Of a stretch of 53,605 nucleotides of DNA, positions 28,508 through 37,758 are shown in pieces (positions within the stretch are counted from its first letter, which is position 1; each line of letters opens with the position of its first letter). Below the pieces are notes generated by a model. The model saw only the letters and a list, made by a program, of their open reading frames with translations. It did no database searches and had not been told where the DNA came from. The stretch comes from Actinomycetota bacterium (lineage in GTDB: Bacteria > Actinomycetota > Actinomycetes > S36-B12 > UBA5976). The DNA lies in the NCBI GenBank assembly GCA_041158245.1, contig JBEBBT010000134.1:1-53605 (forward strand), written 5' to 3'. The translations under genes were made by a program, and so were the position numbers.

Positions 28508-29668
28508 ATGGCTGTATGGGATCGATTAGTTGGTCAAGCGAGAGCAATCGAGTTGCTCGATCGCGCAGCGAGAGACGCCCACACTCCCGATTCAAAATCT
28601 AATTCCATGACTCATGCTTGGTTGTTTACCGGCCCACCTGGTGCTGGTCGTTCAACTGCTGCGATTCTGTTTGCGGCTTCAATCCTTTGTGAAAACTTTG
28701 GCTGCGGCACTTGCTCAACATGCAAACAAGTTTTGAACGATCAACACCCAGATGTAAATAGATTCATTCCTCAGCAAATCACCATCACACGCGATGAAGC
28801 TGAAGGACTAATCCGAGAATCCAGCGTCATGCCACTTACAAGTAATTATCGAATCATCATCATTGAGGATGCAGATCGATTGAATGATGTCAGCGGAAAC
28901 ATGTTGCTCAAATCCATTGAAGAACCACATTCGCGCGCAATCTGGATTTTGTGCACACCAAGTGTTGATGATGTGCTGCCAACAATTCGCTCCCGCTGCC
29001 GAACACTTTCACTCGCGACTCCAGCTTGGAGTGAAGTTGCTGAACTTCTAACTAAAGAAGGAATCGAGCCAGCGATGGCGGCATATTCCGCCCGCGCAGC
29101 CCAAGGACATGTCGGCCGCGCACGCGGACTTGCAACTGATGAAGCAACAAGGCGCCGTCGCAACGAAATCTTGCAGATTCCAAGTCAACTTCACGATCTG
29201 CGTGCCTGCTTTGTGGCTGCTGAAAACATAGTGAGTGTTGCAACAGAAGAAGCAAACGCCGAGTGCGACCGCCGTGATGAGGCCGAAAAGAACGATGTTC
29301 TCGAACTCTTTGGAGTCGAAGCTGGTTCGAAATCCAAAGGTGAAAGAGCCGCACGACCAATCTTGCGTGAATTAGAAACTCGACAAAAATCCCGCCGAAC
29401 CCGCGCGGTCAGAGATCGGCTTGACCAGTCTTTAATCGATTTGATGTCATATTTCACAGATGTGATGAAACTTCAACTTATTGGCGAAGAAGCCGAATTA
29501 GTAAATGAAGATATGCGTGGACAATTAAAGGAATTCGCTAAAACTTCGACGGCCGCCAAAACACGAGCACGTATGGAAGCAATTGAACGGGCACGCAGAC
29601 AATTTGCATCAAATGCCCAGCCACAAATGATTATTGAAGCCCTAACAATTGAATTAGCAAGAGCATAG
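28508..29668 (+). CDS. holB: DNA polymerase III delta-prime subunit
   Basis: GPPGAGRST, the Cys cluster CENFGCGTCSTC and an SRC motif (TIRSRC). Confidence 0.85.
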   Translation: MAVWDRLVGQARAIELLDRAARDAHTPDSKSNSMTHAWLFTGPPGAGRSTAAILFAASILCENFGCGTCSTCKQVLNDQHPDVNRFIPQQITITRDEAEGLIRESSVMPLTSNYRIIIIEDADRLNDVSGNMLLKSIEEPHSRAIWILCTPSVDDVLPTIRSRCRTLSLATPAWSEVAELLTKEGIEPAMAAYSARAAQGHVGRARGLATDEATRRRRNEILQIPSQLHDLRACFVAAENIVSVATEEANAECDRRDEAEKNDVLELFGVEAGSKSKGERAARPILRELETRQKSRRTRAVRDRLDQSLIDLMSYFTDVMKLQLIGEEAELVNEDMRGQLKEFAKTSTAAKTRARMEAIERARRQFASNAQPQMIIEALTIELARA

Positions 29669-29675
29669 GAAAATA

Positions 29676-31175
29676 ATGAAAAAGGTAATCGCAGTTCTGT
29701 CAGTTTTTATGTTGGCCGCTTGTTCTTCAACTCCGTCACCCGATAACTCTTTGTCTGCCAAGACTTTGGATGATTACTACAACCAGACACTCACATGGAC
29801 CGAATGTGAAGGAACTTTTGAATGCGCGGAACTGACTGTTCCGCTTAATTATGAAAACCCGGCTGGTGAAACAATTCAGATTGCTCTCAAGAAATTTCCT
29901 GCTCTAGATCAAGATACAAAACTCGGATCAATCGTTGTAAACCCAGGTGGTCCGGGTGGAAGTGGTGTTGATTACGTAACTTATTACGACTATCAGTTTT
30001 CACAGGATCTTTACTCTGCTTATGACATAGTGGGATTCGACCCGCGCGGTGTTATGAAAAGCGCTCCAGTTGATTGTTTAACCGACTCAGAAATGGATGA
30101 ATATCTTTCAAGTGATGGAACTCCCGACACTTCACTCGAAGTTAGTGATTTCCTAAAAAGCTCTGAAGAATTTGCAAAAGCATGCGTGAAAAACACAGGG
30201 AACTCAATTAATTATGTTTCAACAATCGAGACCGCGCGCGACATGGATATTTTGCGTGCTGCACTCGGTGAGACCAAACTCAATTACTTAGGCAAGTCAT
30301 ACGGCACACAACTGGGTGCTGTTTATGCACACATTTTTCCAGATTTAGTTGGCAAATTTGTTTTAGATGGCGCTGTTGATATGTCGCTAGACACAAGTGA
30401 ATTAACTCTTGGACAGCTTAAAGGATTTAGTGTTGCGTTTGATCGCTTTGCGCAATATTGCGCTTATGGCGAAGCAGATTGCGCTCTTGGACATTCACCA
30501 GAAGAAGTAATCAAAACAGTTACAACATTGATGAAATCACTTGAATCAAATCCACTACCAACAGATCATGGTCGTGAATTAACTGAAGCACTAGCCTGGA
30601 CCGCAGTAATTGGTCCGCAATATGCACCTGCAGATGCGTGGGACTGGTTGATTATGGGACTTGAAGAAGCGGTGGATGGCGATGGCACCACACTGATGGA
30701 TATTGCTGATTGGTTTAACGGTCGAAACCAAGACGGAACCTATGAAGACAACTTAACTGAGGCATACTGGTCAATCACTTGTTCAGACGCCGGTCCGTCT
30801 ACAACTTCACCAGAAACTTTGCTTAGTGAATACACCAAAGTCGATTCACTCTTCGGTCCGATGTTTGCATGGAGTGAAGGCGGTTGTTACAACTGGCCGT
30901 TTGATCGAGGAATTAATTTGTCTGACGTTTCAGCACCAACTGCAGATCCCATTGTTGTCATCGGAACTACCTACGATCCAGCAACACCAGATGCATGGGC
31001 AAAAGCATTAGCTGCTCAACTTCAAGTTGGAATTTACGTCAACTTCAATGGTGATGGCCACACGGCGTACAAATCTGGTTCAAAGTGCATTGATGCTTTA
31101 GTTGATGATTACTTTATTAATGGAGTAGTACCAGCGGCAAACACTTCATGCGAACCAAACAAGCCTTTGCTTTAA
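29676..31175 (+). CDS. Secreted lipoprotein alpha/beta hydrolase, tripeptidyl-aminopeptidase (Tap, S33)-like
   Basis: Lipobox LAAC, nucleophile elbow GKSYGT and a C-terminal TAP-like region with a conserved His (DGHTAY). Confidence 0.75.
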   Translation: MKKVIAVLSVFMLAACSSTPSPDNSLSAKTLDDYYNQTLTWTECEGTFECAELTVPLNYENPAGETIQIALKKFPALDQDTKLGSIVVNPGGPGGSGVDYVTYYDYQFSQDLYSAYDIVGFDPRGVMKSAPVDCLTDSEMDEYLSSDGTPDTSLEVSDFLKSSEEFAKACVKNTGNSINYVSTIETARDMDILRAALGETKLNYLGKSYGTQLGAVYAHIFPDLVGKFVLDGAVDMSLDTSELTLGQLKGFSVAFDRFAQYCAYGEADCALGHSPEEVIKTVTTLMKSLESNPLPTDHGRELTEALAWTAVIGPQYAPADAWDWLIMGLEEAVDGDGTTLMDIADWFNGRNQDGTYEDNLTEAYWSITCSDAGPSTTSPETLLSEYTKVDSLFGPMFAWSEGGCYNWPFDRGINLSDVSAPTADPIVVIGTTYDPATPDAWAKALAAQLQVGIYVNFNGDGHTAYKSGSKCIDALVDDYFINGVVPAANTSCEPNKPLL

Positions 31176-31558
31176 ATATTATTTAAAGCATTTGAAATGA
31201 TGGCGTCGTGCACATACTGCGCTAAACCATCTGCTTGATCGTTGTAAAACTTTGCAAATCTTTCATCTGCAATGTACATCTGTGCCAATCCTGATTGCAT
31301 TTCATGACTGCAAGGGTAAAACCATTTATCAATCTGCAAGCGATGAGCTTCGGCTGCTTCAGCCGCCTCAGAACTATCGGCTGGCAATCCTGCGTTCATT
31401 GCATTGATAAACATATCAACTGCTGCTTGCTGTTCAGCTTTTTGGATTTCCCAATCAGTCTCTGAGTAGTTAGCTACGCGCGAAGTTGAAATCTTGTATG
31501 CATCAGTATCGCCCCAGCGTTCTTTCGCTTCGGCTTCATAAGGATTATTGATTGCCAC
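31172..31558 (-). CDS. Stand-alone TipAS antibiotic-recognition domain protein
   Basis: 128 aa. AEAKERWGDTDAY ... ADERFAKFYD is typical of the TipAS domain. There is no MerR HTH. GTG start. Confidence 0.7.
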   Translation of the reverse strand: MAINNPYEAEAKERWGDTDAYKISTSRVANYSETDWEIQKAEQQAAVDMFINAMNAGLPADSSEAAEAAEAHRLQIDKWFYPCSHEMQSGLAQMYIADERFAKFYNDQADGLAQYVHDAIISNALNNI

Positions 31559-31617
31559 AAACTGAGAGTAATACCCAGTGTTCTGAATGGTTAAACTTTG
31601 GACGCTCTTATGAGCAG

Positions 31618-31690
31618 GCCGCCTTAGCTCAGTTGGTAGAGCATCTCACTCGTAATGAGAAGGTCTGGGGTTCAATTCCCCAAGGCGGCT
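31618..31690 (+). tRNA. tRNA-Thr (anticodon CGT)
   Basis: Hand-folded cloverleaf: acceptor GCCGCCT/AGGCGGC, D-arm GCTC/GAGC, anticodon arm TCTCA-ctCGTaa-TGAGA, T-arm TGGGG-TTCAATT-CCCCA. CCA is not encoded. Confidence 0.9.
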
Positions 31691-31769
31691 CAGACGCGGG
31701 ATGTGGCCAGAAATGGAACTTAGTTCTAGTAATCTGCGCCCGTAAATTTGGGAAAAGGAATAAGAGCTC

Positions 31770-33563
31770 GTGGCTAAAAATAAGAAGAAAATTGCACTTA
31801 ATGCCATCACACTAGGCGGATTAGTTGCCTCGCAAGTTGGACTATTTGCTGGCCCAGCAAGTGCGGCCGCAGTGACTGTTACCAATTGCAATGACAGTGG
31901 CGCTGGATCATTGCGCCAAGCTCTCGAAGACAACAACTCAACCGGTGGTGCAACAATCTCATTTGATTTGAGCTGCGACACCATCACAGCTTTGAGCCCT
32001 CTATATATAGAGCGCAATGTAAGCATTTTTGGACCTGGCGCAGATGAACTAACCGTCAAATCAGATGATGCAAATGCCCAAGCTACTTTCATTATCAACG
32101 ACGACGGCGAAACAAATTTAGATTTAAGCAGTGTGGAATTTTCTGGCCTAACAATTGTTAGTGCAAGAGATGTTGTTGATGGTGTATCAACTTCTGCAAT
32201 TCGTGTTGGGCCAAATTGGCTGAGCAACCTAATGTCGCTAGATGAATTGGATTTAACCGTTACCGACTCAAAACTAATTGGTATCGGAAATGCTGGTCTA
32301 GGAATCAATGCGCTATTGACGGGCCAAAGCGTTGTAACAGTAGATAACACTGAATTTACTATTGGCGATGCTGCTGAATACCCAGGGCAAAATAATGCCT
32401 ACGGGATGGAAGTTTATGGCGCTGCAGAAGTCAACATCACCGACAGTTACATGCATGACTTAAATGGAACTGCATTGAACGCTATTGGTGCAAATGGTGT
32501 TCCTAGCAATGTGTCAATTGAAAACTCAAATTTCGATGGCGTAGGACGTATCTTCGTTCAAACCGAAGGAAATCTAGACATCACAAATTCATACATCGCA
32601 TCTCAGTCAGAAGGATCAATTAGTCTCGAAGCTCCTGGAACTGTCACTCTTACAAATTCAACTTTGATTGGCAATGTTTTCTCAGAAGGCACAATGATTT
32701 CGGCAGGGTATGAAATTCGTCTTTTTAGCGACACAATTGTCGTCAAAGACATCCCAAGTCTTTCTGCCTTCATGTATGCAGGAATCATCACGATGGCAGG
32801 AACAATTATTGCCAGCGAAACAGGCGATGACTTCAACTGTATGTACATGGGTGGAAACGACCTTGGTGGCAACCTTGCGACTAATAGCGGATGTGTTGTA
32901 AACGACAGCGGCGCATCAGCTAGCGGTGATTCCAGTGTTGTTTCCTGGGCAGATTTGGACCTTGGCGAACCTGGTCGAAATACCACGAATCCAACTAACT
33001 CGGGAAATATTTTCTCCATCCCAATTGGCGAGGAAAGTGTGGCGCGTGATTACTACACATACGACCAGTTGGATACGTTGAATCGTGGGGACTATGTCGC
33101 AGTAAACGCCGATGTTCGAGGTGTCTCGCGCCCAGCGAATGGCAAAAACGATGTTGGCGCTTATGAATACGCACAAGATGAAGTTCTTTGTGCTGCAACC
33201 CAAAAGCTTGGAACTGTTAACTTCGATGCATTCTCTTCAACTCTAAACAAGAAGGCGAAAATGAAACTTCGCAACATTGCACAAGAGATTGTTGCATCAG
33301 GATGTAGTTCAATCATTCTCAAGGGTTACACGTCAACAAATGTGTGGGGATCGAATAGCAAGAGCACTGCAAAGACCCTTGCAGCTAGCCGCACCAAAGC
33401 AGTTAAAAAGTTCCTTTCGAAACTGCTTGCAGATTCCCAAGTGACGGTTTCTTTCGAAAGAAAGGCAATTGGCAACTCAAAGCCAGTTGCAACAAATAAT
33501 ACTTTTGCGGGACGTGCAAAGAACCGTCGCGTAGAAATCATCGTCACTCCAACTGTTGGATAG
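31770..33563 (+). CDS. Secreted beta-helix-type repeat protein (choice-of-anchor-Q/CSLREA-like N-terminus) with C-terminal OmpA-like peptidoglycan-binding domain
   Basis: Signal peptide ending ASA/AAV. CNDSGAGSLRQAL resembles the CSLREA motif. Repetitive NxT/D-rich segments follow, and the C-terminus LKGYTS...ASRTKAVKKFL...NRRVEI is OmpA_C-like. GTG start. Confidence 0.6.
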   Translation: MAKNKKKIALNAITLGGLVASQVGLFAGPASAAAVTVTNCNDSGAGSLRQALEDNNSTGGATISFDLSCDTITALSPLYIERNVSIFGPGADELTVKSDDANAQATFIINDDGETNLDLSSVEFSGLTIVSARDVVDGVSTSAIRVGPNWLSNLMSLDELDLTVTDSKLIGIGNAGLGINALLTGQSVVTVDNTEFTIGDAAEYPGQNNAYGMEVYGAAEVNITDSYMHDLNGTALNAIGANGVPSNVSIENSNFDGVGRIFVQTEGNLDITNSYIASQSEGSISLEAPGTVTLTNSTLIGNVFSEGTMISAGYEIRLFSDTIVVKDIPSLSAFMYAGIITMAGTIIASETGDDFNCMYMGGNDLGGNLATNSGCVVNDSGASASGDSSVVSWADLDLGEPGRNTTNPTNSGNIFSIPIGEESVARDYYTYDQLDTLNRGDYVAVNADVRGVSRPANGKNDVGAYEYAQDEVLCAATQKLGTVNFDAFSSTLNKKAKMKLRNIAQEIVASGCSSIILKGYTSTNVWGSNSKSTAKTLAASRTKAVKKFLSKLLADSQVTVSFERKAIGNSKPVATNNTFAGRAKNRRVEIIVTPTVG

Positions 33564-33571
33564 CGCTAATA

Positions 33572-34963
33572 ATGGAACTCATGAATTCTCAAGAGTTTCA
33601 AGAAGACCATAGAAAAGTAGAAGTCTTGCAATTGCGAGACTTCTACTTTTCTTTATCTACAACTCCATGGGAAAATCAAGAAAATCTTCACTTAACTGAA
33701 TTTCTGCGAGTCCTCAATCATTCAAAGAGATCTCCTTGGTGGAATGAACGACTCAAGAATCTCGTTATTGATGAATCTTCCCTTGCCGCTGCTGTTAAGT
33801 CATTACCGCTCTTGACTCGCGAGCTCGTGCAAGAAAACTCGTTACCGATGCAGGCTTTGATTCCAAACAGCTCACGTGAAGACTATGCCCTACAAAAAAC
33901 CTCAGGATCTACATCTAAGCCGATTCAACTAATCAAACACCTGCCGACGTATTTCAAAGAGCAAGATGCAATTGCTTTATTGGAATGGCAATGGCAGAAA
34001 AGAAGTCCAAACGGGATATTTGGCGCTTTCCGGCTTGGAGTCAAGGACCGCGACAATGTGGAAGTTGCACCTCCATATTCGTACGTTGGCGTAAAAGAGT
34101 TCGCATTTCAACGTTCATCGGTTGATGCATCACCAGAAGAACTTCTGAATGCAATCGCAATCTTTAAACCGAACTATTTACTGACAAATCCCGTCTCACT
34201 TCGGCTGGCTATACATGAGCAACTACGCAATCCCCGGGAGATCTACAAGATAGAGCAGATTCTGACACTTGCTGATCGAGTTGACAGTTCTCTTCGCGAG
34301 CTCGCTCGCGAAGTCTTCGGTGCAAAGATTGTTGATCGATATTCCTCTGTTGAATTCGGAAACATCGCAATTCAATGCCCAGTACACGAACACCTGCATG
34401 TGGTTGCCCCAAGTGTTTTCGTAGAAATTCTTGATGAAAATGACCAACCCTGTGAAATTGGTCAACCTGGTCGGGTAGTAATAACTGGCTTACATGCATT
34501 CGCAAATCCACTGTTTCGTTACGAACAAGGTGATATCGCGCAGTGGGGTGAGCCTTGCGATGCCGGAATTACCTGGCCTGTTATTGATGAGGTCCATGGC
34601 AGGGTTCGAACAGTTTCTAGTGGGCCTGACGGAAAAGACCGACTGATCACTCTGTTTGGTGCGGACTTCATGCTTATTCGCACAATTGTCGACTACATGG
34701 TTGTGAAGTTTTCGGATTCAGTGGCATTCATTGCTCAAGTGCGCGAGCCATTAAGCTTAAGCGAACAAGATCGAATACGAAAATCTATGGCTGATGTTTT
34801 TAGACAAGAAGTAGATGTTCATTTCAAAATCACAGGCGAATCAATTGGTGAGCGAACTTACAAAGCAGCAGAGCTTTTTGTAGTGGACCAGCTTTTCAAT
34901 CCCGACTGGAATATCGCACAAATCAAAGAAGTTGTTTCTAACACTCCTCAAAGGTTCTTTTAG
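33572..34963 (+). CDS. Adenylate-forming enzyme, phenylacetate-CoA ligase/CapK/F390-synthetase-like
   Basis: 463 aa. KTSGSTSKP (compare SSGTTGKP of the PaaK family), YSSVEFG and RYEQGD motifs. It lies 8 nt downstream of the preceding gene. Confidence 0.6.
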   Translation: MELMNSQEFQEDHRKVEVLQLRDFYFSLSTTPWENQENLHLTEFLRVLNHSKRSPWWNERLKNLVIDESSLAAAVKSLPLLTRELVQENSLPMQALIPNSSREDYALQKTSGSTSKPIQLIKHLPTYFKEQDAIALLEWQWQKRSPNGIFGAFRLGVKDRDNVEVAPPYSYVGVKEFAFQRSSVDASPEELLNAIAIFKPNYLLTNPVSLRLAIHEQLRNPREIYKIEQILTLADRVDSSLRELAREVFGAKIVDRYSSVEFGNIAIQCPVHEHLHVVAPSVFVEILDENDQPCEIGQPGRVVITGLHAFANPLFRYEQGDIAQWGEPCDAGITWPVIDEVHGRVRTVSSGPDGKDRLITLFGADFMLIRTIVDYMVVKFSDSVAFIAQVREPLSLSEQDRIRKSMADVFRQEVDVHFKITGESIGERTYKAAELFVVDQLFNPDWNIAQIKEVVSNTPQRFF

Positions 34964-35027
34964 CCCTAAAAAGGTTTGGAAGGTCAAGAACCTCACAAAG
35001 ATTAAGTTGGGAGTAAAGTCAGCCCAC

Positions 35028-36893
35028 GTGTCTAATAGTTCGAAAGCTTCAGTAGGTATTCCCGCTCTCACATTTGGCGCTTTAGGCGTTGTTTATGGCG
35101 ATATCGGAACCAGCCCGATTTACGCATTAAAAGAGTCCTTAGCGAACGCTGGTACCGTCCAGAGTGAAGTGTTTGGGGTCGTCTCGCTACTTTTCTGGTC
35201 GCTGATGATTGTGGTCACAATCAAATACCTACTTTTTGTTCTTAGAGCTGACAACAATGGCGAAGGCGGAATCCTCGCCCTCTTTTCTCTACTACCTGCC
35301 AACATTCGCCGGCCCTCTAAGAGACTGAACATCACTATCTTTGCCTTAATGCTGCTCGGTACAGCCTTACTTTTTGGTGATGGTTTATTAACTCCCGCTA
35401 TTTCAGTTCTGTCTGCAACCGAAGGTCTTGCAACACTTAATCCAGAGCTCGGTGAATTAGCAGTTCCATTGACTATTGCAATCTTGATTGCCCTTTTTAG
35501 TTTTCAATACAAAGGCACCGAATCACTAGGAAAAGTTTTCGGTGTTGTTATTTTGATTTGGTTCACAGTGATTGGTTTATTGGGGCTCCGTGCGGTACTC
35601 GAAGTTCCAAGTGTGGTTGGTGCTCTATCCCCAACCTACGCGATTCAATTCATTTCTTCCAATGGCTTTCATACATTCATAATTATGTCGTCAGTAATTC
35701 TGGCAGTCACGGGAGCCGAAGCCCTGTATGCCGATCTTGGTCACTTTGGTGTGAAACCAATTCGCATCGGATGGTTCTTCATTGTGGGCCCGTGCCTTGT
35801 TTTGAATTATTTAGGCCAAGCGGCTCGAATGATGCAAAATCCAGAGAATCGCGAAAACCTATTTTTTAGTTTGGCAGAAAGTTCTACTGAAAAAGTTTTA
35901 CTTATCGCGATTGCAACTCTGGCAACAATTATTGCGTCCCAAGCACTAATCAGCGGTGTCGCATCCCTTGCACGTCAAGCTTCTCAGCTGGGACTATTCC
36001 CACGCGTCAACATTGTGCATACGAGCGAGAATCATGCAGGCCAAATCTACGTCCCAGCAATCAACACGATTCTTGCAATTGGCTCAATATTCCTAGTTAT
36101 CAATTTCAAAACTTCTTCTGCACTTGCACATGCCTATTCGTTTGCAATCACTGGTACGATGCTGATTACCACTATTGCATTTTCCATAATTGCTCTACAC
36201 CGATGGAAGTGGAATAAGTTAAGTGTCATCGCGTTTGTCTTGATTATTGGCACATTGGACGCGGTCTTTTTCCTATCTTCAGTAACAAAAATCTTGCACG
36301 GCGCTTGGGTCCCACTTCTAATAGCAATTGGCGTGGTTTACTTGATGTGGGTGTGGCGCAAAGGGCAGAACGTTTTGTCACAAAACCTGCGCACCAAGGG
36401 AAAGACCTGGCAGTGGCTTGAAGAAAGCGTCATTAGTGGTGAAGTGATTGAGACTGAATCTCTCGGCATCTTCTTATCCGCATCGCCAGACACAGTGCCG
36501 CAGGCCGCAGTGGCACAAGTACAAAATTTGCAAGCAATACCGCATCGAATGATCATCACCACTGTCGTAACAGACGATGTGCCATTCTCCACTAGAGCAC
36601 CTGAAATCAAGCAAATAAATAATCGAGCGAAGCTAGTTACGATTTATTGTGGTTTCATGGAATCACCAAATATTCCAAAAGCTCTCATTTCTTGCTGCAT
36701 CGATGCTGAAGTAGAGAAATCAGCAACTTATTTCTTGTCTGATCGAAAATTTGTTGGCCTTGAGAGTGGCGAACTTCAGGGTAATGCCGAAAAAGTATTT
36801 TCCTTCTTGCATCGAAACTCTGCAACTGCAGCCCACTATTACGGACTGCCACAAGAGAGAGTAATCACCCTCGCTGTGCAAATGGATCTATAA
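35028..36893 (+). CDS. kup: KUP/HAK/KT family potassium transporter
   Basis: GALGVVYGDIGTSPIYAL, 12 TM helices and a cytoplasmic C-domain. The start is uncertain (GTG 35028, TTG 35007 or TTG 34932); none has a strong SD. Confidence 0.85.
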   Translation: MSNSSKASVGIPALTFGALGVVYGDIGTSPIYALKESLANAGTVQSEVFGVVSLLFWSLMIVVTIKYLLFVLRADNNGEGGILALFSLLPANIRRPSKRLNITIFALMLLGTALLFGDGLLTPAISVLSATEGLATLNPELGELAVPLTIAILIALFSFQYKGTESLGKVFGVVILIWFTVIGLLGLRAVLEVPSVVGALSPTYAIQFISSNGFHTFIIMSSVILAVTGAEALYADLGHFGVKPIRIGWFFIVGPCLVLNYLGQAARMMQNPENRENLFFSLAESSTEKVLLIAIATLATIIASQALISGVASLARQASQLGLFPRVNIVHTSENHAGQIYVPAINTILAIGSIFLVINFKTSSALAHAYSFAITGTMLITTIAFSIIALHRWKWNKLSVIAFVLIIGTLDAVFFLSSVTKILHGAWVPLLIAIGVVYLMWVWRKGQNVLSQNLRTKGKTWQWLEESVISGEVIETESLGIFLSASPDTVPQAAVAQVQNLQAIPHRMIITTVVTDDVPFSTRAPEIKQINNRAKLVTIYCGFMESPNIPKALISCCIDAEVEKSATYFLSDRKFVGLESGELQGNAEKVFSFLHRNSATAAHYYGLPQERVITLAVQMDL

Positions 36894-36897
36894 GCTC

Positions 36898-37758
36898 TTA
36901 AGAGAGAACATCTTTTCGATCAAACTTTAAGACCGCCCACGTAACAAAAACCGCAAAGAAGATCAGGGCGTATGAGGATCCTCGAGCCATCTGGGTCCAG
37001 TCGATAGAACCTTCAAGAGCATCAGTCCATGAACGCGAATAGTGGCTTGGCAACCATTCGCGAATTCCACCAAGAGCCTCAATTGCATCAAGAATCTGGC
37101 TGATAATCGCAATCATCACCGCGGTACCAACGGCACCGAGTGGCACATCCGTAGATACGGACATCAAGAATGCGATTCCAGAAGTAAATAGCAGTGTAAT
37201 TCCAATATAGAACGCGATGATTGCAATTCGTTTCCAAGCTTCGCCTGATTCGTAAATCCCTCCGAGTGGATTTTGCAATCCAGAGTTACCAAATGCCAGC
37301 AAGCCAATTAAATATGAGGCAATGACCAACACCGCAAGTGACGCAAAACTTAAAGTTAAGCTCACTGAAAGTTTGATCATAAGCAGTCGCCGACGGGGTA
37401 CAGGTGAGGCGAGTAGATAGCGAAGTGTCGACCATGATGCTTCGCTTGCCACACTATCTCCGGTAAATAGCGCAAAAACAGTGGTCAATAAAAAGCCTGA
37501 ACCAAAAAGCAACATCACAAGTGTGAAATTGAATGCGCCATTTGTTGCCAAGCCAATCAGATTTGCACTTCCACTTCCGAAATTTCCGCCAGAGTCTCCA
37601 CTACCTCCAGACGATGGTCCAAATTTCACCGCGGCCACCACAATCAAAGGCAAAGCAATCATCAAAAGAAATGAAACCAATGTTCTCCGACGCTTTATTT
37701 GCCGCTTCATTTCTACTTTGTATGGAAGTGTTTTATTGGCACGATAAGAATTTGTCAT
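36898..37758 (-). CDS. ABC-2 type transporter permease
   Basis: 286 aa, 6 predicted TM helices, and a Gly/Ser-rich first external loop. Its ATG overlaps the stop of the upstream NBD-containing gene (ATGA). Confidence 0.7.
   Translation of the reverse strand: MTNSYRANKTLPYKVEMKRQIKRRRTLVSFLLMIALPLIVVAAVKFGPSSGGSGDSGGNFGSGSANLIGLATNGAFNFTLVMLLFGSGFLLTTVFALFTGDSVASEASWSTLRYLLASPVPRRRLLMIKLSVSLTLSFASLAVLVIASYLIGLLAFGNSGLQNPLGGIYESGEAWKRIAIIAFYIGITLLFTSGIAFLMSVSTDVPLGAVGTAVMIAIISQILDAIEALGGIREWLPSHYSRSWTDALEGSIDWTQMARGSSYALIFFAVFVTWAVLKFDRKDVLS

Noticed and set aside
31646-32350. 234-aa ORF on the minus strand
   Set aside because: It overlaps the tRNA-Thr gene and lies antisense to the well-supported secreted beta-helix protein gene. 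Its composition is low-complexity and Ser/Pro/Leu-rich, so I treat it as a shadow ORF.
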